A stretch of DNA of 32,000 nucleotides. Origin: Phycisphaerales bacterium (GTDB lineage Bacteria; Planctomycetota; Phycisphaerae; Phycisphaerales; UBA1924). The stretch is taken from assembly GCA_040399065.1 (NCBI GenBank), contig JBBASU010000004.1:47759-79758 (forward strand), in the 5' to 3' direction. Shown in pieces: positions 1 to 9,114 of this stretch; positions within the stretch are counted from its first letter, which is position 1; each line of letters opens with the position of its first letter. Made by a program: the position numbers and the translations under genes. The notes beneath the pieces were generated by a model, which worked only from the letters and a program-made list of their open reading frames with translations, was not told where the DNA came from and made no database searches.

Positions 1-2536
1 TCATTCTGTTGCGAGCGATGAAGCGCTCGACCTTCCGGACTTCCCTGCTCACACGTCCTGGAGCTTCTGATAACTCGAACAGCTCACCCTCCGTCAGCGT
101 GCGCAGAAGCTGATCACAGGCGAGCGCGGCCTCCTGTGCGTCACTCAGATGTCCGAGTTGCCTGAAGCACGATTGGAGACGGTCACGGATGTTCTCGATG
201 ACATGCAGCAGTGGGTGCGGAAAGAACTCCACCATGGGTGGCGACTCGGGCCACACCAGAGCACTGGCAAGTCGCCAGTAGCGGTTTAGCATTTGGAGTG
301 CGCGAGCAGGCTCGGCGAAGTCCTTCACGGCGGTACCCGTTGGGCATCTGCAAGACTCCACCATCAGTTTGGCGAGCCGAGATCGTTGTGCTTGAACCGA
401 CGGTGAGGCCGTCGTCTGGCAAGTGCTGTGTGTTGTCTCGACCAGTTTCCGAATGCTGGCGTCCGAGTCCGCCGGCTTGGCCATCCCAGGGTGTGCCATC
501 AGCGACGCACTCATGAGGCTACCGAATCGATAGGGAACGTCCATTTCGAGGAGCTCAGGAGCGTTCATGAGCTCTCTTACAGGCTCTAGTCCTGGCAAAC
601 TCAGCTTAAGTTTGGCATGGAGAAAGAGTTCGGTAATCCAAGCCTTGTGATCGACTTCTGGCATCGCGTCTGGGTAGTCGCGGGCGACAAGAAGAAGATC
701 TCGCATGACCATGAAGAGGACGACCAAATCCGCCACGGTCTCCGGGTCCGGTCTCGTGACCTCTGAGGTTCCTCCAGCCGACGTCTCCGCGCGCGTCGGC
801 GTGGCCAAGTCCACGCACAGCGATTTGATGCGAGAGATCAGCGAATCAAGGGTGGAGAGGTACGACCATGGCACCACGACGTCGGTGTGCCAAGCGGCGA
901 AACCTCCTGGGCGTGCGGCCGCGCTGGCGTCCTTCACCAGTTCGATCGCCGGACCTCCGGGGCCCGTCTCGGTCAGCGCACGGCACGAACTCAGAATTGC
1001 GTCGCTGGACCGCTCCATGTACCAGTGCGACCCGTCGTCAATTGACCAGAATGTCCGCTTCGTGCTCTCACCTGAGAGGTCAGTCACTTTCGCATCCGCC
1101 ACGCTGGGAGTCTGTCCTGCGCCGGGACCGAACCTCCCCATTGCTTCCTTCGCGTAGCGTTCCAGCACGTCACGGTGGTTCCACAGGAACTTGCCGTCCG
1201 ACTCGCTGGCCTCGACCATCTCAGTCCAGCCTCGGATCTCTTCCCGAGACACTCGGTCGTTCAACCAAGGACGGTTTCGTAGCGCCATGGGGTTCCCGCT
1301 GCACGCCCTCCCCCAGAACAGGAACCAGAGTCGATGGTGTTCGATGGCATTCAGCAGGTTGTTCACAAGTTGCAGCGCGGGCGACGGGGCCGACGAACGT
1401 CCCGTCGCCGAGCCGCTTTTCAACTCGCGTTGCTCGACGACAGGCCGCAGTTCTGCGGCGAGCCGTGCCAAGTCCAGCGCGCAGATACCGATACGAGCGA
1501 CGGTCGGGTCTCTGGTCGAGTAGTCCTCACATCCAAGAGAAGACCCGATCGACTCCGCCCTCGCAAGCTCACGCATGGCGAGCGTGAATTGCGTGACCGA
1601 TAACGTCGATCGCTCCACGAGAACCAGTGGTAGCGCATCGTCGCCACGATCGACGCGATACAGGTCCGCGACGGCCTCAGCCAAGGCACGGCCTGAGATG
1701 GCGGCGACAACCGCACCGCTCAATGGCAGCACGCGGCTCGTGTCGCCGAAGTGAACTCCGGTCTCTGCGATCAGAACGAGAATCTGGTCTTTCGTCGTAA
1801 CCCCGCCTGATGGCAGCCCGCTGCGGTCTCTCGCCTCGATCATCGCCTCCCAGCGGTCCGCACTCCTCGCGTACTCCGCTCGCAAAAGCACCGTCTTCGA
1901 TGCCGGCGGGTCGTAGACCCCGGGGTCCGGGTCGTCGTACAGAGCCAGCTCAGAGATCGCTTCGTCAAGCAGCAGGTGTTCGTGCGGGGGTAGATCGTCC
2001 GCGGCCTGCAAGCCGAATGTACACGCTCCAGTTGTTGCGTACTCCTTGGCAAACAAGGTGCAAAGCACTTCGGCAGTGGCTCTGGTGCGAGCGAGATGGA
2101 ACACGGTCGATGGCGTCGCCGCTGCACCCGGTCCGATAAACAGATACGTGGGATCACTGGGTGGAGAGGAACCCAAAGCATGCTCGAGGAGATCGGCCAT
2201 CGCCGTCTTGGCGGCGGTGACCATCTCGGAAAGCCAGGATGGGCTCCGCCCATTCTTGGGGTACTCGGAATCACGAAGATCCAGAGTCACCGCCAACTCG
2301 TGGGGCGTCAGCTCCGTCTCAGCTCTGTACGAGAATTCCCGCCGAACATTCCGTTCAGCGTTCACGGCCGACCCATGCTGGTGCTCTAACCGTGCCACCA
2401 CGCGTTCAGCCATCGCTTTGGAGGGCGCTGCCAGCAGTGGATACGTTGCGGTAGAGGCTCCATGCTCGGAGCGCTCTTCAGCGACCGAGGTCACGTGCAC
2501 GTGAGAGACGGTGATGAAGACGATCCACTTGCTCAT
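1..2536 (-). CDS. Large hypothetical protein, 3'-truncated by the window edge (at least 845 aa). No recognisable domain.
   Basis: Manual frame scan. Reading the minus strand from ATG (2536-2534), there is no in-frame stop (no tta/cta/tca at plus-strand positions = 2 mod 3) down to position 2, giving 845 open codons. An in-frame TGA at 2578-2576 fixes the start. The translation (MSKWIVFITVSHVHV...WFLFWGRACSGNP...RKVERFIARNRM) has ordinary protein composition. All track ORFs in 180-2500 are short, R/P/S-rich shadow frames. It is missing from the ORF track because no stop lies inside the window. Confidence 0.8.
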   Translation of the reverse strand, partial: MSKWIVFITVSHVHVTSVAEERSEHGASTATYPLLAAPSKAMAERVVARLEHQHGSAVNAERNVRREFSYRAETELTPHELAVTLDLRDSEYPKNGRSPSWLSEMVTAAKTAMADLLEHALGSSPPSDPTYLFIGPGAAATPSTVFHLARTRATAEVLCTLFAKEYATTGACTFGLQAADDLPPHEHLLLDEAISELALYDDPDPGVYDPPASKTVLLRAEYARSADRWEAMIEARDRSGLPSGGVTTKDQILVLIAETGVHFGDTSRVLPLSGAVVAAISGRALAEAVADLYRVDRGDDALPLVLVERSTLSVTQFTLAMRELARAESIGSSLGCEDYSTRDPTVARIGICALDLARLAAELRPVVEQRELKSGSATGRSSAPSPALQLVNNLLNAIEHHRLWFLFWGRACSGNPMALRNRPWLNDRVSREEIRGWTEMVEASESDGKFLWNHRDVLERYAKEAMGRFGPGAGQTPSVADAKVTDLSGESTKRTFWSIDDGSHWYMERSSDAILSSCRALTETGPGGPAIELVKDASAAARPGGFAAWHTDVVVPWSYLSTLDSLISRIKSLCVDLATPTRAETSAGGTSEVTRPDPETVADLVVLFMVMRDLLLVARDYPDAMPEVDHKAWITELFLHAKLKLSLPGLEPVRELMNAPELLEMDVPYRFGSLMSASLMAHPGMAKPADSDASIRKLVETTHSTCQTTASPSVQAQRSRLAKLMVESCRCPTGTAVKDFAEPARALQMLNRYWRLASALVWPESPPMVEFFPHPLLHVIENIRDRLQSCFRQLGHLSDAQEAALACDQLLRTLTEGELFELSEAPGRVSREVRKVERFIARNRM

Positions 2537-3166
2537 CAGACTCGCCGGCTCCGGTCGGAGACCTGAGGTTCCGACTCACAAGTCTACGGGGATCGCTCTA
2601 GCGGAATCGGATCAGAGCAATCGCAACACTCCCCCAGAGCCTGGCCTTCAGAGTCGTCGTGAGAGTTCCTTGGGTGGTTAACCCACCGGATTGGCGTGAA
2701 CTTTGACCACCGGCGGAGTTTGATCGGACGCTGCCATTTGTCTCCAGGGATCGGTCCGAGCGACAACCCGCGAGGCCATCGCGTGCCTCTTGGCGCCCAT
2801 CATCTCTGGGCTGAGTCCAGTGAATCTCTGGCAAAGCGTGCCGGAGTAATTTGGGACTTGGGTGTAGCCGGAGGCCAGACGGACTCCGTTCGCCCGGTCT
2901 GAGCCCGTTCTGGGGCCGCCACGAATCGCTGAGGGTGATTCGAGCGACCGCTCGGCTTGATTTCCGAGCTCCAAAGTGAGCTGCATCACCAGCTGAGGCC
3001 GTGACCACTTTCGACACTGCGGAGTACTTCTGGGTGGCCGTGAACTGTGGCGTTGGAAATCCAGCGGCGACCACCCTGGACACTAAGCGTTCAACCGCCA
3101 TGGGTGAATGGAAATTGCACCCTGTCGGTTGTGCTGATCTTGGGCTGAAACAGGCGACCGAGGGCG

Positions 3167-3190
3167 ATTGAAAAAACCATTGAAAAAATC
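3167..3190. repeat. Tandem direct repeat of an A-tract 12-mer (ATTGAAAAAACC / ATTGAAAAAATC) in the divergent intergenic region upstream of BREX
   Basis: Read directly: attgaaaaaacc (3167-3178) is immediately followed by attgaaaaaatc (3179-3190). It is strikingly AT-rich against the GC-rich surroundings. Each copy contains a TTGAAA (-35-like) hexamer, but I found no convincing -10. Confidence 0.5.
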
Positions 3191-3555
3191 AGTCGCTGCA
3201 CGGGCGGCGGAGGTCGTTGCTCGCGATGTCGGCGGTTTTCCCTTACACTCGCGGACTCGATGCCCGCAGCGGCGTAGCTTTGGCCGGTACTGCGGGCATG
3301 ATGGGGCATGATGGTGCGTGGTGGGTGGTGAGGGCCGCAGCGTGTTTTGGGCATCGTGTGCTGGAACTGTGCTCGGGAGTTTGGCGTGGCGAAGCAATCG
3401 ACGGCGAGAACCGGGTCTTTGAGGTGCACGGTCCGGAGATTTGGGACGTGGTGCAAAGCCTGTCCTATCCAACACCGGAAGCGTCCATCGAACGCGGGAC
3501 CCGAGTTCGGCCGCTACAGCGGACAAACAGAGCCAAAGTGGGGGAGTTGTGTGAC

Positions 3556-4119
3556 GTGAGCGTGATCGACCTCGACAACCTACTCAGGACTCGACTGATT
3601 GTGGCCCGCGTCGGCGAAATGGATCTCGCCCGGTGGTGGGACACCAAAGGGATGCTCGGGAAGACCGGACGCCTTGCGGTGAGCCGCGGTCTGCCCAAGA
3701 CACACCGCTTCGCGCAGGCCCGGGCAGTGTTCGCAGTGGCACGGGCTCGATGCCGGGATGTTTACAGCCCGCCGGACGGAGTCACGCTTTGGGATCTGCC
3801 AGCGGAAATCGAGAGCGCCTTTGACGAGCGGTGGCCGTTGTGGATCGAGAATCAGCCAGCTTGGCGGCCGTTCTTCGATGCTCTAGAGGCGACTCCCGGA
3901 GATGATCTTGTCGGCGCGTTTGCGAGGGTCGCACCATTGCCCGCCGCCACACTCGATGCAGCCAAGCGAATGAAGCGAGCGGCAGACCAGAAGGCGGTCC
4001 CACTTGGTGAAGTTCCTGCGGTGACCGATGAGCTTGTGTCGCAGCTCGCAGTTGGGTTCAGCAAGGGCGAGCCGGGCCGCGTCGCGGTGCCGTTCGCCAA
4101 AGTCAGGAGGGCCGGATGA
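3556..4119 (+). CDS. BREX-associated leading gene, about 187 aa (possibly BrxE-like; function unknown)
   Basis: The stop overlaps the brxA start (ATGA at 4116-4119), which indicates translational coupling. I chose GTG 3556 because GGGGAG (3541-3546) lies 9 nt upstream and the protein-like sequence begins there (VSVIDLDNLLRTRLIVARVGEMDLARWWDTKGMLGK...). The track start at TTG 3217 adds 113 aa that look less protein-like. The resemblance to BrxE-family proteins is from memory only. Confidence 0.6.
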   Translation: MSVIDLDNLLRTRLIVARVGEMDLARWWDTKGMLGKTGRLAVSRGLPKTHRFAQARAVFAVARARCRDVYSPPDGVTLWDLPAEIESAFDERWPLWIENQPAWRPFFDALEATPGDDLVGAFARVAPLPAATLDAAKRMKRAADQKAVPLGEVPAVTDELVSQLAVGFSKGEPGRVAVPFAKVRRAG

Positions 4120-4886
4120 GCGATCGAACTCGCCCATCCTCCTTCCTAGCTACAAAGGGGCTTTTCCCCGAACAGATGTACCGCGCGTTTCAAAAGTGGG
4201 ACATCGCAGCCCCGGTTGACGAGAACGTGAGAGTTCTCCGCACGACCAACACTGTCGGCGGGCCGAGCCTTGGATGGCTCAAGGACTTCGGGAAGATCAT
4301 CCTTCGACGCTTCGGCGACGATGGCCCACCCGCGGCTCTGGTTGAGCTCGCTCAGCAGGGATGCGATCTGTCGGTCTGGAAGCCCCTGTTGCTGTGGCAC
4401 TGTGCCGAGGCGGACACTCTGCTCCGCGCCTTCCTTGCCGAGTGGCTCTTCGAGCAGCACCAGCGAGGCATCGTGCGTGTTACGCGCGAAGCGGTGGAAG
4501 AGTTCCTCCGCCTCCACCTTGCCGCACTCGATCAGGAGCCGTGGAGCGACAGCAACATAGAGCAATCCAGTTCCGGATTGCTTCGCACCGCCGCCGTTTC
4601 TGGCCTTCTCACCGATGGCCGCACAAAGAGCTTCACCGGCTATCACCTACCCGAGCCTAGCTTCATGTACCTCGCTCATCTCCTTATGCATCGGTATGCG
4701 AGCAGCGGAAGAGCCGTGGCAGATCCGGGATGGCGGCTCTTCATGATGACGCCCGCCGTGGTCGAGGGTGAACTGCTTCGACTGCATCAGATGCACCGCC
4801 TCCAGTTCCACCGCGCCGGCACGATTGTCGAGCTCCACCTGCCCTGCAGCTCAGAGCGAGAGTTCGCAAGGAGGATGCTCGCATGA
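4116..4886 (+). CDS. brxA: BrxA (DUF1819-type BREX protein)
   Basis: Canonical position: first of two small genes directly upstream of brxC. AGGAGG (4105-4110) precedes the ATG. There are ATGA overlaps with both the upstream gene and brxB (4883-4886). At 256 aa it is slightly longer than typical. Confidence 0.8.
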   Translation: MSDRTRPSSFLATKGLFPEQMYRAFQKWDIAAPVDENVRVLRTTNTVGGPSLGWLKDFGKIILRRFGDDGPPAALVELAQQGCDLSVWKPLLLWHCAEADTLLRAFLAEWLFEQHQRGIVRVTREAVEEFLRLHLAALDQEPWSDSNIEQSSSGLLRTAAVSGLLTDGRTKSFTGYHLPEPSFMYLAHLLMHRYASSGRAVADPGWRLFMMTPAVVEGELLRLHQMHRLQFHRAGTIVELHLPCSSEREFARRMLA

Positions 4887-5461
4887 GTGATTGGCAGACC
4901 CGTCTAAGCGACACACTCGAACCGTTGTTGTCCGTCCCAGACCCGCGGCGGACCGCGTTCTCTGCGTACCACGACATGCCCTACGCGATCTTCCATTATC
5001 CGTCAGAGGAAGAATTCGCGCTGAGACGCGAGCTCGGGATGCTGCGTACAAGGCTGACCCAGAAGGGCAAGCGTGTGTCTGTGATCTCCCTCGCCGAAGT
5101 GGTCTGTGAGCTGATCAAAGACGACATGCCCATCGAAGCGATCGCAGAGGCGGAGCGTGACTCCGGGATCGAAAAGCTCGTTGAACAGCTGCACTCGTAT
5201 CTCTTTGAGTCCAAGCCCTTGGCAGACGCAGTCATCCAGCGAATTCCGGCAGATGCCGATCCGTGCCGCGACGTGCTGTTCTTCACTCGTGTGGGCTTTC
5301 TTTTCCCCATCTACCGCACCTCGGCGCTCGTCGAACACCTACACGGCCGACTGAGAATCCCAAGCGTGCTGTTCTTCCCGGGGTCGCTTGCTGGACCGGC
5401 GGGCCTGTGCTTCATGGATGTCTTCCCCCCAGAGCATAACTACCGACCTCGCATTTTCTGA
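4883..5461 (+). CDS. brxB: BrxB (DUF1788-type BREX protein)
   Basis: 192 aa, the typical size. The N-terminal YHDMPYAIFHYPSEEEFALRRELGMLRTRLTQKGKRVSVISLAEV matches my recollection of the DUF1788 pattern. AGGAGG precedes the start, and the gene is ATGA-coupled to brxA. Confidence 0.85.
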   Translation: MSDWQTRLSDTLEPLLSVPDPRRTAFSAYHDMPYAIFHYPSEEEFALRRELGMLRTRLTQKGKRVSVISLAEVVCELIKDDMPIEAIAEAERDSGIEKLVEQLHSYLFESKPLADAVIQRIPADADPCRDVLFFTRVGFLFPIYRTSALVEHLHGRLRIPSVLFFPGSLAGPAGLCFMDVFPPEHNYRPRIF

Positions 5462-5497
5462 ATTGAGCCAAACGATCCCTAATCGCGTGAGCACGTC

Positions 5498-8400
5498 ATG
5501 ACCACGATTCAACAGCTCTTTGACCGCGACATCTCACGACAGATCCAAGAGGTCATCAAAGTTGACCAACAGGATGATGCCGTCGTCATCAGCGAGATCG
5601 AGGAGTACGTGGCAACCGACGCGATCAAACGCTCGTTCGCCTCCGTCCTTGAGGCCTACGCCGAGGTGCCCAACAAGCCGAGCGATCGGATGGCGGTTTG
5701 GGTCTCCGGCTTCTTCGGTTCAGGCAAGTCGAGTTTTGCGAAGCTGCTGGGTGCCGCCATCGGGAATCGGGACCTCAGTGGCACGGGCGCATCTATGCGA
5801 GTCGCAAGGAAATTTGCCGACGACAAAGACAACCGGGTAACGGTGGTGCTCGAACGCATCTCGCAGAGGATGCCGACGGAAGTGGTCATCTTCGATCTCG
5901 CCACTGATGCCGGCGTCCGCAACGCCAATCAGAAACTCACCGAGATCATCTACCGACAACTCTTGGAACACTTGGGCTATGCAAAGGACCTCGACCTTGC
6001 TGAGCTTGAGATCAACCTTGAAGAGGATGGGCGCCTGAAGGCCTTTAGGGAAGCGTTTCAGCGACAGACAAAGAAGAGCTGGGATGAGCGCAAGTCGATG
6101 ACGGCGTTCGCGATGAGCGAGGCATCCCGCGTCATGCACGAGCTAGATCCCCAAACCTATCCGTCCGCAGACTCTTGGTCGAAGGCCGCACGCAATCGCT
6201 TCGACATCAGTCCCAACAGCCTCTCCAAGCGGTGCATTGAGCTCACAAAGCGGCGTCGCGGGGACAAGCAGCTCGTTTTCGTGATCGACGAGGTGGGGCA
6301 GTTCGTGGCCCGCGACCCCAACAAGATGTTGGACCTGCAGGGAATCGTGCAGGCGCTCGGTCGTGATGGTCAGGGCAAGGTGTGGTTGATCGTCACATCA
6401 CAGGAGCGGCTGAACGAAATGGTCGGCGCCTTGGACGACAAGCGGGTGGAGCTCGCTCGCTTGATGGACCGCTTTCCTGACCACCTCCGCGTCCACCTCG
6501 AACCATCCGACATCACGACAGTCACCAGCAAGCGTGTACTTTCCAAGAATGCGGAGGGCGAGACGACACTCCGAAAGCTCTTCGAGGATCATCGTGGCCG
6601 CCTCTCGCACTGTGCCCAGCCGCAGGCCGCCGTGAAACTAGACGAACTCACCGCCGACAGCTTCATCCGGCTCTATCCACTGGTGCCATACCAGATCAAG
6701 CTGATCATCGACATCGTGTCAGGCCTCCGCACGCAGGGCGGGGCCATCACGCACGTCGGCGGCGCGAACCGCACCGTGATTAAACTCTCTCAACAACTGC
6801 TCACCAATCCCCAGGTGGGCCTAGCCGAGCAGCCGGTCGGCCGCCTGGTCAGCCTTGACCACGTCTTTGACCTCGTTCGTGGCAACATCCCGAGCGAGAT
6901 CCGCGAGAAGATTGATCGGATCTCCACCCAAGTGGACCACAAGCTGGCTCAGCCGGTTGCCAAGGCGATCTACCTGCTCCAACTCGTGCCGACGATCAAA
7001 CGCACCGCCGAGACGCTGGCCGCCGTGCTGCACCCGGCGGTCGATGCCGACTCGCGGCAGAGCGAGGTCAACGAAGCGCTTCAGGCTCTTGAGAAAGCCC
7101 ACCAAGTCCGCAAAGGTGACGACGGATACCGCATCCCATCGCCCAGCGAAGACGATTGGGAGAAGCAACGTGCCGGGCTTTCGCCCAAGAACGCTGACCT
7201 CGCCAAGATCATCGGTGACCAGGTCGAACTCCTTTGGCAGCCCGTGCCGACGCACGAGTTTGAGGACACCCGCGTGTTCAAGGCCGGCCTCAAGCTCAAC
7301 GGCCGCGACCGTGTTGAGGGCGATCTGACGTTTGAGGTCTACACCCACCCGAGGGATCAGTACTACGACGAGCGCCTTGGCGAGGCCCGCCGCAGCAGCC
7401 AGGCTGATCGCAAGTCTGTGTTCTGGGTCGTGCCCCTTTCCAGCCGGATCGACAAGACGGCAGAGGAGATGTTCCGGTCTCAGGAGATGAGCACGCGGAA
7501 AGCCCGCAGCGTCGCCACGGAGGCAGAGATCAAGCTCTTGGGCGAAGAGAAGCGCCGGCTGCAGACCAATCAGGATGAACTCAAGCGCCTGGTGCGAGAA
7601 GCCTTCACCACTGGGGCCATCTACTTCCGCGGCAACGACCGCAGCGCCGACCAGAACGAGACGGATGTCGGCAAGATCGCCTCGTCTCGCATGAAGGATG
7701 CGCTTCCCGAGGTCTTCGAGCGCTTCAAGGACGCCGCGGCCCGTGTCCAGAAGAAGGACATCGAATCCCTGCTTACCAGCGAGAAGCTGCAGGGCTTACC
7801 CGCCATCTACACGCAGCTCAAGCTCATCCGCACCGACAAGAACCGCGGCATCATCAACGTCGAGCAGCCCCCGCTACAGGATGTCTTGGCCAAGATCGAG
7901 AGCGTGGCAAACTACGGCAACCAGGCCACGGGCAAGATGCTCGAGAGCGACTTCGCCAAAGACCCCTTTGGGTGGGACTTTGAAATCGTCAAGCTCTTGA
8001 CGCTGTGCCTGCTCCGCGCCGGCAAGGTCGTGGCGGTGTCGCAGGGCCGGACGATTGAGTCGGTCCCGTCGGACGAGGCTCGCGATCTCTTCACTGCCAA
8101 CCCCAAGTTCCGCGCCGCCAGCTTCCGGCCCAAGAAGGCCATCGACGCGGAGCAACTCACCACCGCCGCCGACAATTTCAAGTTGACCTTCGGCAAGGAT
8201 GTCCCCGAACTCACGGCCTCTGCCATCGCCCACGCAGTCCGCGACGCGGCGGGACAGAAGGAGGATGACCTCTCCGAAGTCCGCACCGCCCTCACAGCGG
8301 ACGCCCTCCCCGGCGGCGATGTGCTGGCCGGCGCCTTGAGCCAGATCAAGGCACTCCGCACGGGGTCTGAAGAGGATGTGGTCCAGGCGTTCAACACAAG

Positions 8401-9046
8401 CCACAACACGATCAAGGAAGCCATCGACCGTGCCGCAACGCTGAAGGGCAAACTCACGGAGCCCAACCTTGTGGCGATCCGGAACGCTCGTGCCGCGGTG
8501 TCCTCCATGTGGCCTTTCCTTGACGGAGAACCCGACACCGAGCAGCCGCTGCGGGAGAGCGCTCTGCGTCTGGGCGACCTGCTCAAGCGAGAAACGTTCT
8601 TTGAGGAGATCCCGGCGATCTCGCAGGCAGCCGCGGCGATCCGTGAGGCCTATTCCCGCAAGTTCCAAGCTGCAACGGCCGCTCGCGTAGCGGCGTACTC
8701 GTCGGCGCTGACTGAACTGAAGGCCGTGCCGGGCTGGGTGGATCTTTCCCCCGAGCAGCAGGCTCGCATCGGTGGCGTGCTCGAATCGCTCGCCAAGCCC
8801 GAGACTTCCGAAGTGATGCCAATCGTTCAGATACGGTCGGATACAGATGCCTGTTCCTCGCGGTTGGCGGCCGCCATCCGCGAGGTGAACACCATCATCG
8901 AGGGCGAGCGTCTCGTCACCGTCAAGAGCACCAAGTACTTCTCCAAAGCCATCGAGAATCCCGAACAGCTCAATGCGGCACTCGACTCGCTGCGTCAGGA
9001 TTGCGAAGCCGAGCTCGGCCGCGGCAAGAAGATCCTGATCCAGTAA
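5498..9046 (+). CDS. brxC: BrxC/PglY P-loop ATPase (DUF499 family)
   Basis: 1182 aa. Walker A GFFGSGKS at 5708-5731. Walker B-like LVFVIDEVGQF. The size and the position after brxA/brxB are canonical for BREX. Confidence 0.95.
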   Translation: MTTIQQLFDRDISRQIQEVIKVDQQDDAVVISEIEEYVATDAIKRSFASVLEAYAEVPNKPSDRMAVWVSGFFGSGKSSFAKLLGAAIGNRDLSGTGASMRVARKFADDKDNRVTVVLERISQRMPTEVVIFDLATDAGVRNANQKLTEIIYRQLLEHLGYAKDLDLAELEINLEEDGRLKAFREAFQRQTKKSWDERKSMTAFAMSEASRVMHELDPQTYPSADSWSKAARNRFDISPNSLSKRCIELTKRRRGDKQLVFVIDEVGQFVARDPNKMLDLQGIVQALGRDGQGKVWLIVTSQERLNEMVGALDDKRVELARLMDRFPDHLRVHLEPSDITTVTSKRVLSKNAEGETTLRKLFEDHRGRLSHCAQPQAAVKLDELTADSFIRLYPLVPYQIKLIIDIVSGLRTQGGAITHVGGANRTVIKLSQQLLTNPQVGLAEQPVGRLVSLDHVFDLVRGNIPSEIREKIDRISTQVDHKLAQPVAKAIYLLQLVPTIKRTAETLAAVLHPAVDADSRQSEVNEALQALEKAHQVRKGDDGYRIPSPSEDDWEKQRAGLSPKNADLAKIIGDQVELLWQPVPTHEFEDTRVFKAGLKLNGRDRVEGDLTFEVYTHPRDQYYDERLGEARRSSQADRKSVFWVVPLSSRIDKTAEEMFRSQEMSTRKARSVATEAEIKLLGEEKRRLQTNQDELKRLVREAFTTGAIYFRGNDRSADQNETDVGKIASSRMKDALPEVFERFKDAAARVQKKDIESLLTSEKLQGLPAIYTQLKLIRTDKNRGIINVEQPPLQDVLAKIESVANYGNQATGKMLESDFAKDPFGWDFEIVKLLTLCLLRAGKVVAVSQGRTIESVPSDEARDLFTANPKFRAASFRPKKAIDAEQLTTAADNFKLTFGKDVPELTASAIAHAVRDAAGQKEDDLSEVRTALTADALPGGDVLAGALSQIKALRTGSEEDVVQAFNTSHNTIKEAIDRAATLKGKLTEPNLVAIRNARAAVSSMWPFLDGEPDTEQPLRESALRLGDLLKRETFFEEIPAISQAAAAIREAYSRKFQAATAARVAAYSSALTELKAVPGWVDLSPEQQARIGGVLESLAKPETSEVMPIVQIRSDTDACSSRLAAAIREVNTIIEGERLVTVKSTKYFSKAIENPEQLNAALDSLRQDCEAELGRGKKILIQ

Positions 9047-9114
9047 GCCACGCCACATGAACGAACCATCCACGCCCCCAGCCAGCCTCTGATCCCGCAA
9101 AACGACTGATCGAC

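Noticed and set aside
183-2504. The many 60-240 aa track ORFs on both strands (for example 868..1587+, 1840..2274-, 2046..2504+)
   Set aside because: All overlap the uninterrupted 845-codon minus-strand frame. Their translations are R/P/S-rich, so I treat them as shadow ORFs.
2598-3101. 167-aa minus-strand ORF (and the overlapping 103-aa ORF 2678..2989)
   Set aside because: Each is protein-like over only part of its length, the remainder being an R/S/G/T-rich low-complexity tail, and neither has a recognisable motif. This may be a frameshifted remnant. It was not confident enough to call as a CDS.
3217-3555. TTG-initiated 113-aa N-terminal extension of the first BREX-operon gene
   Set aside because: No RBS precedes it and the sequence looks less protein-like, whereas GTG 3556 has GGGGAG 9 nt upstream. 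It is kept as an alternative only and cannot be excluded without homologues or transcript data.
7874-9100. 408-aa and 224-aa ORFs on the minus strand inside brxC
   Set aside because: They are antisense shadow frames of a gene with clear P-loop motifs, and their composition is not protein-like.
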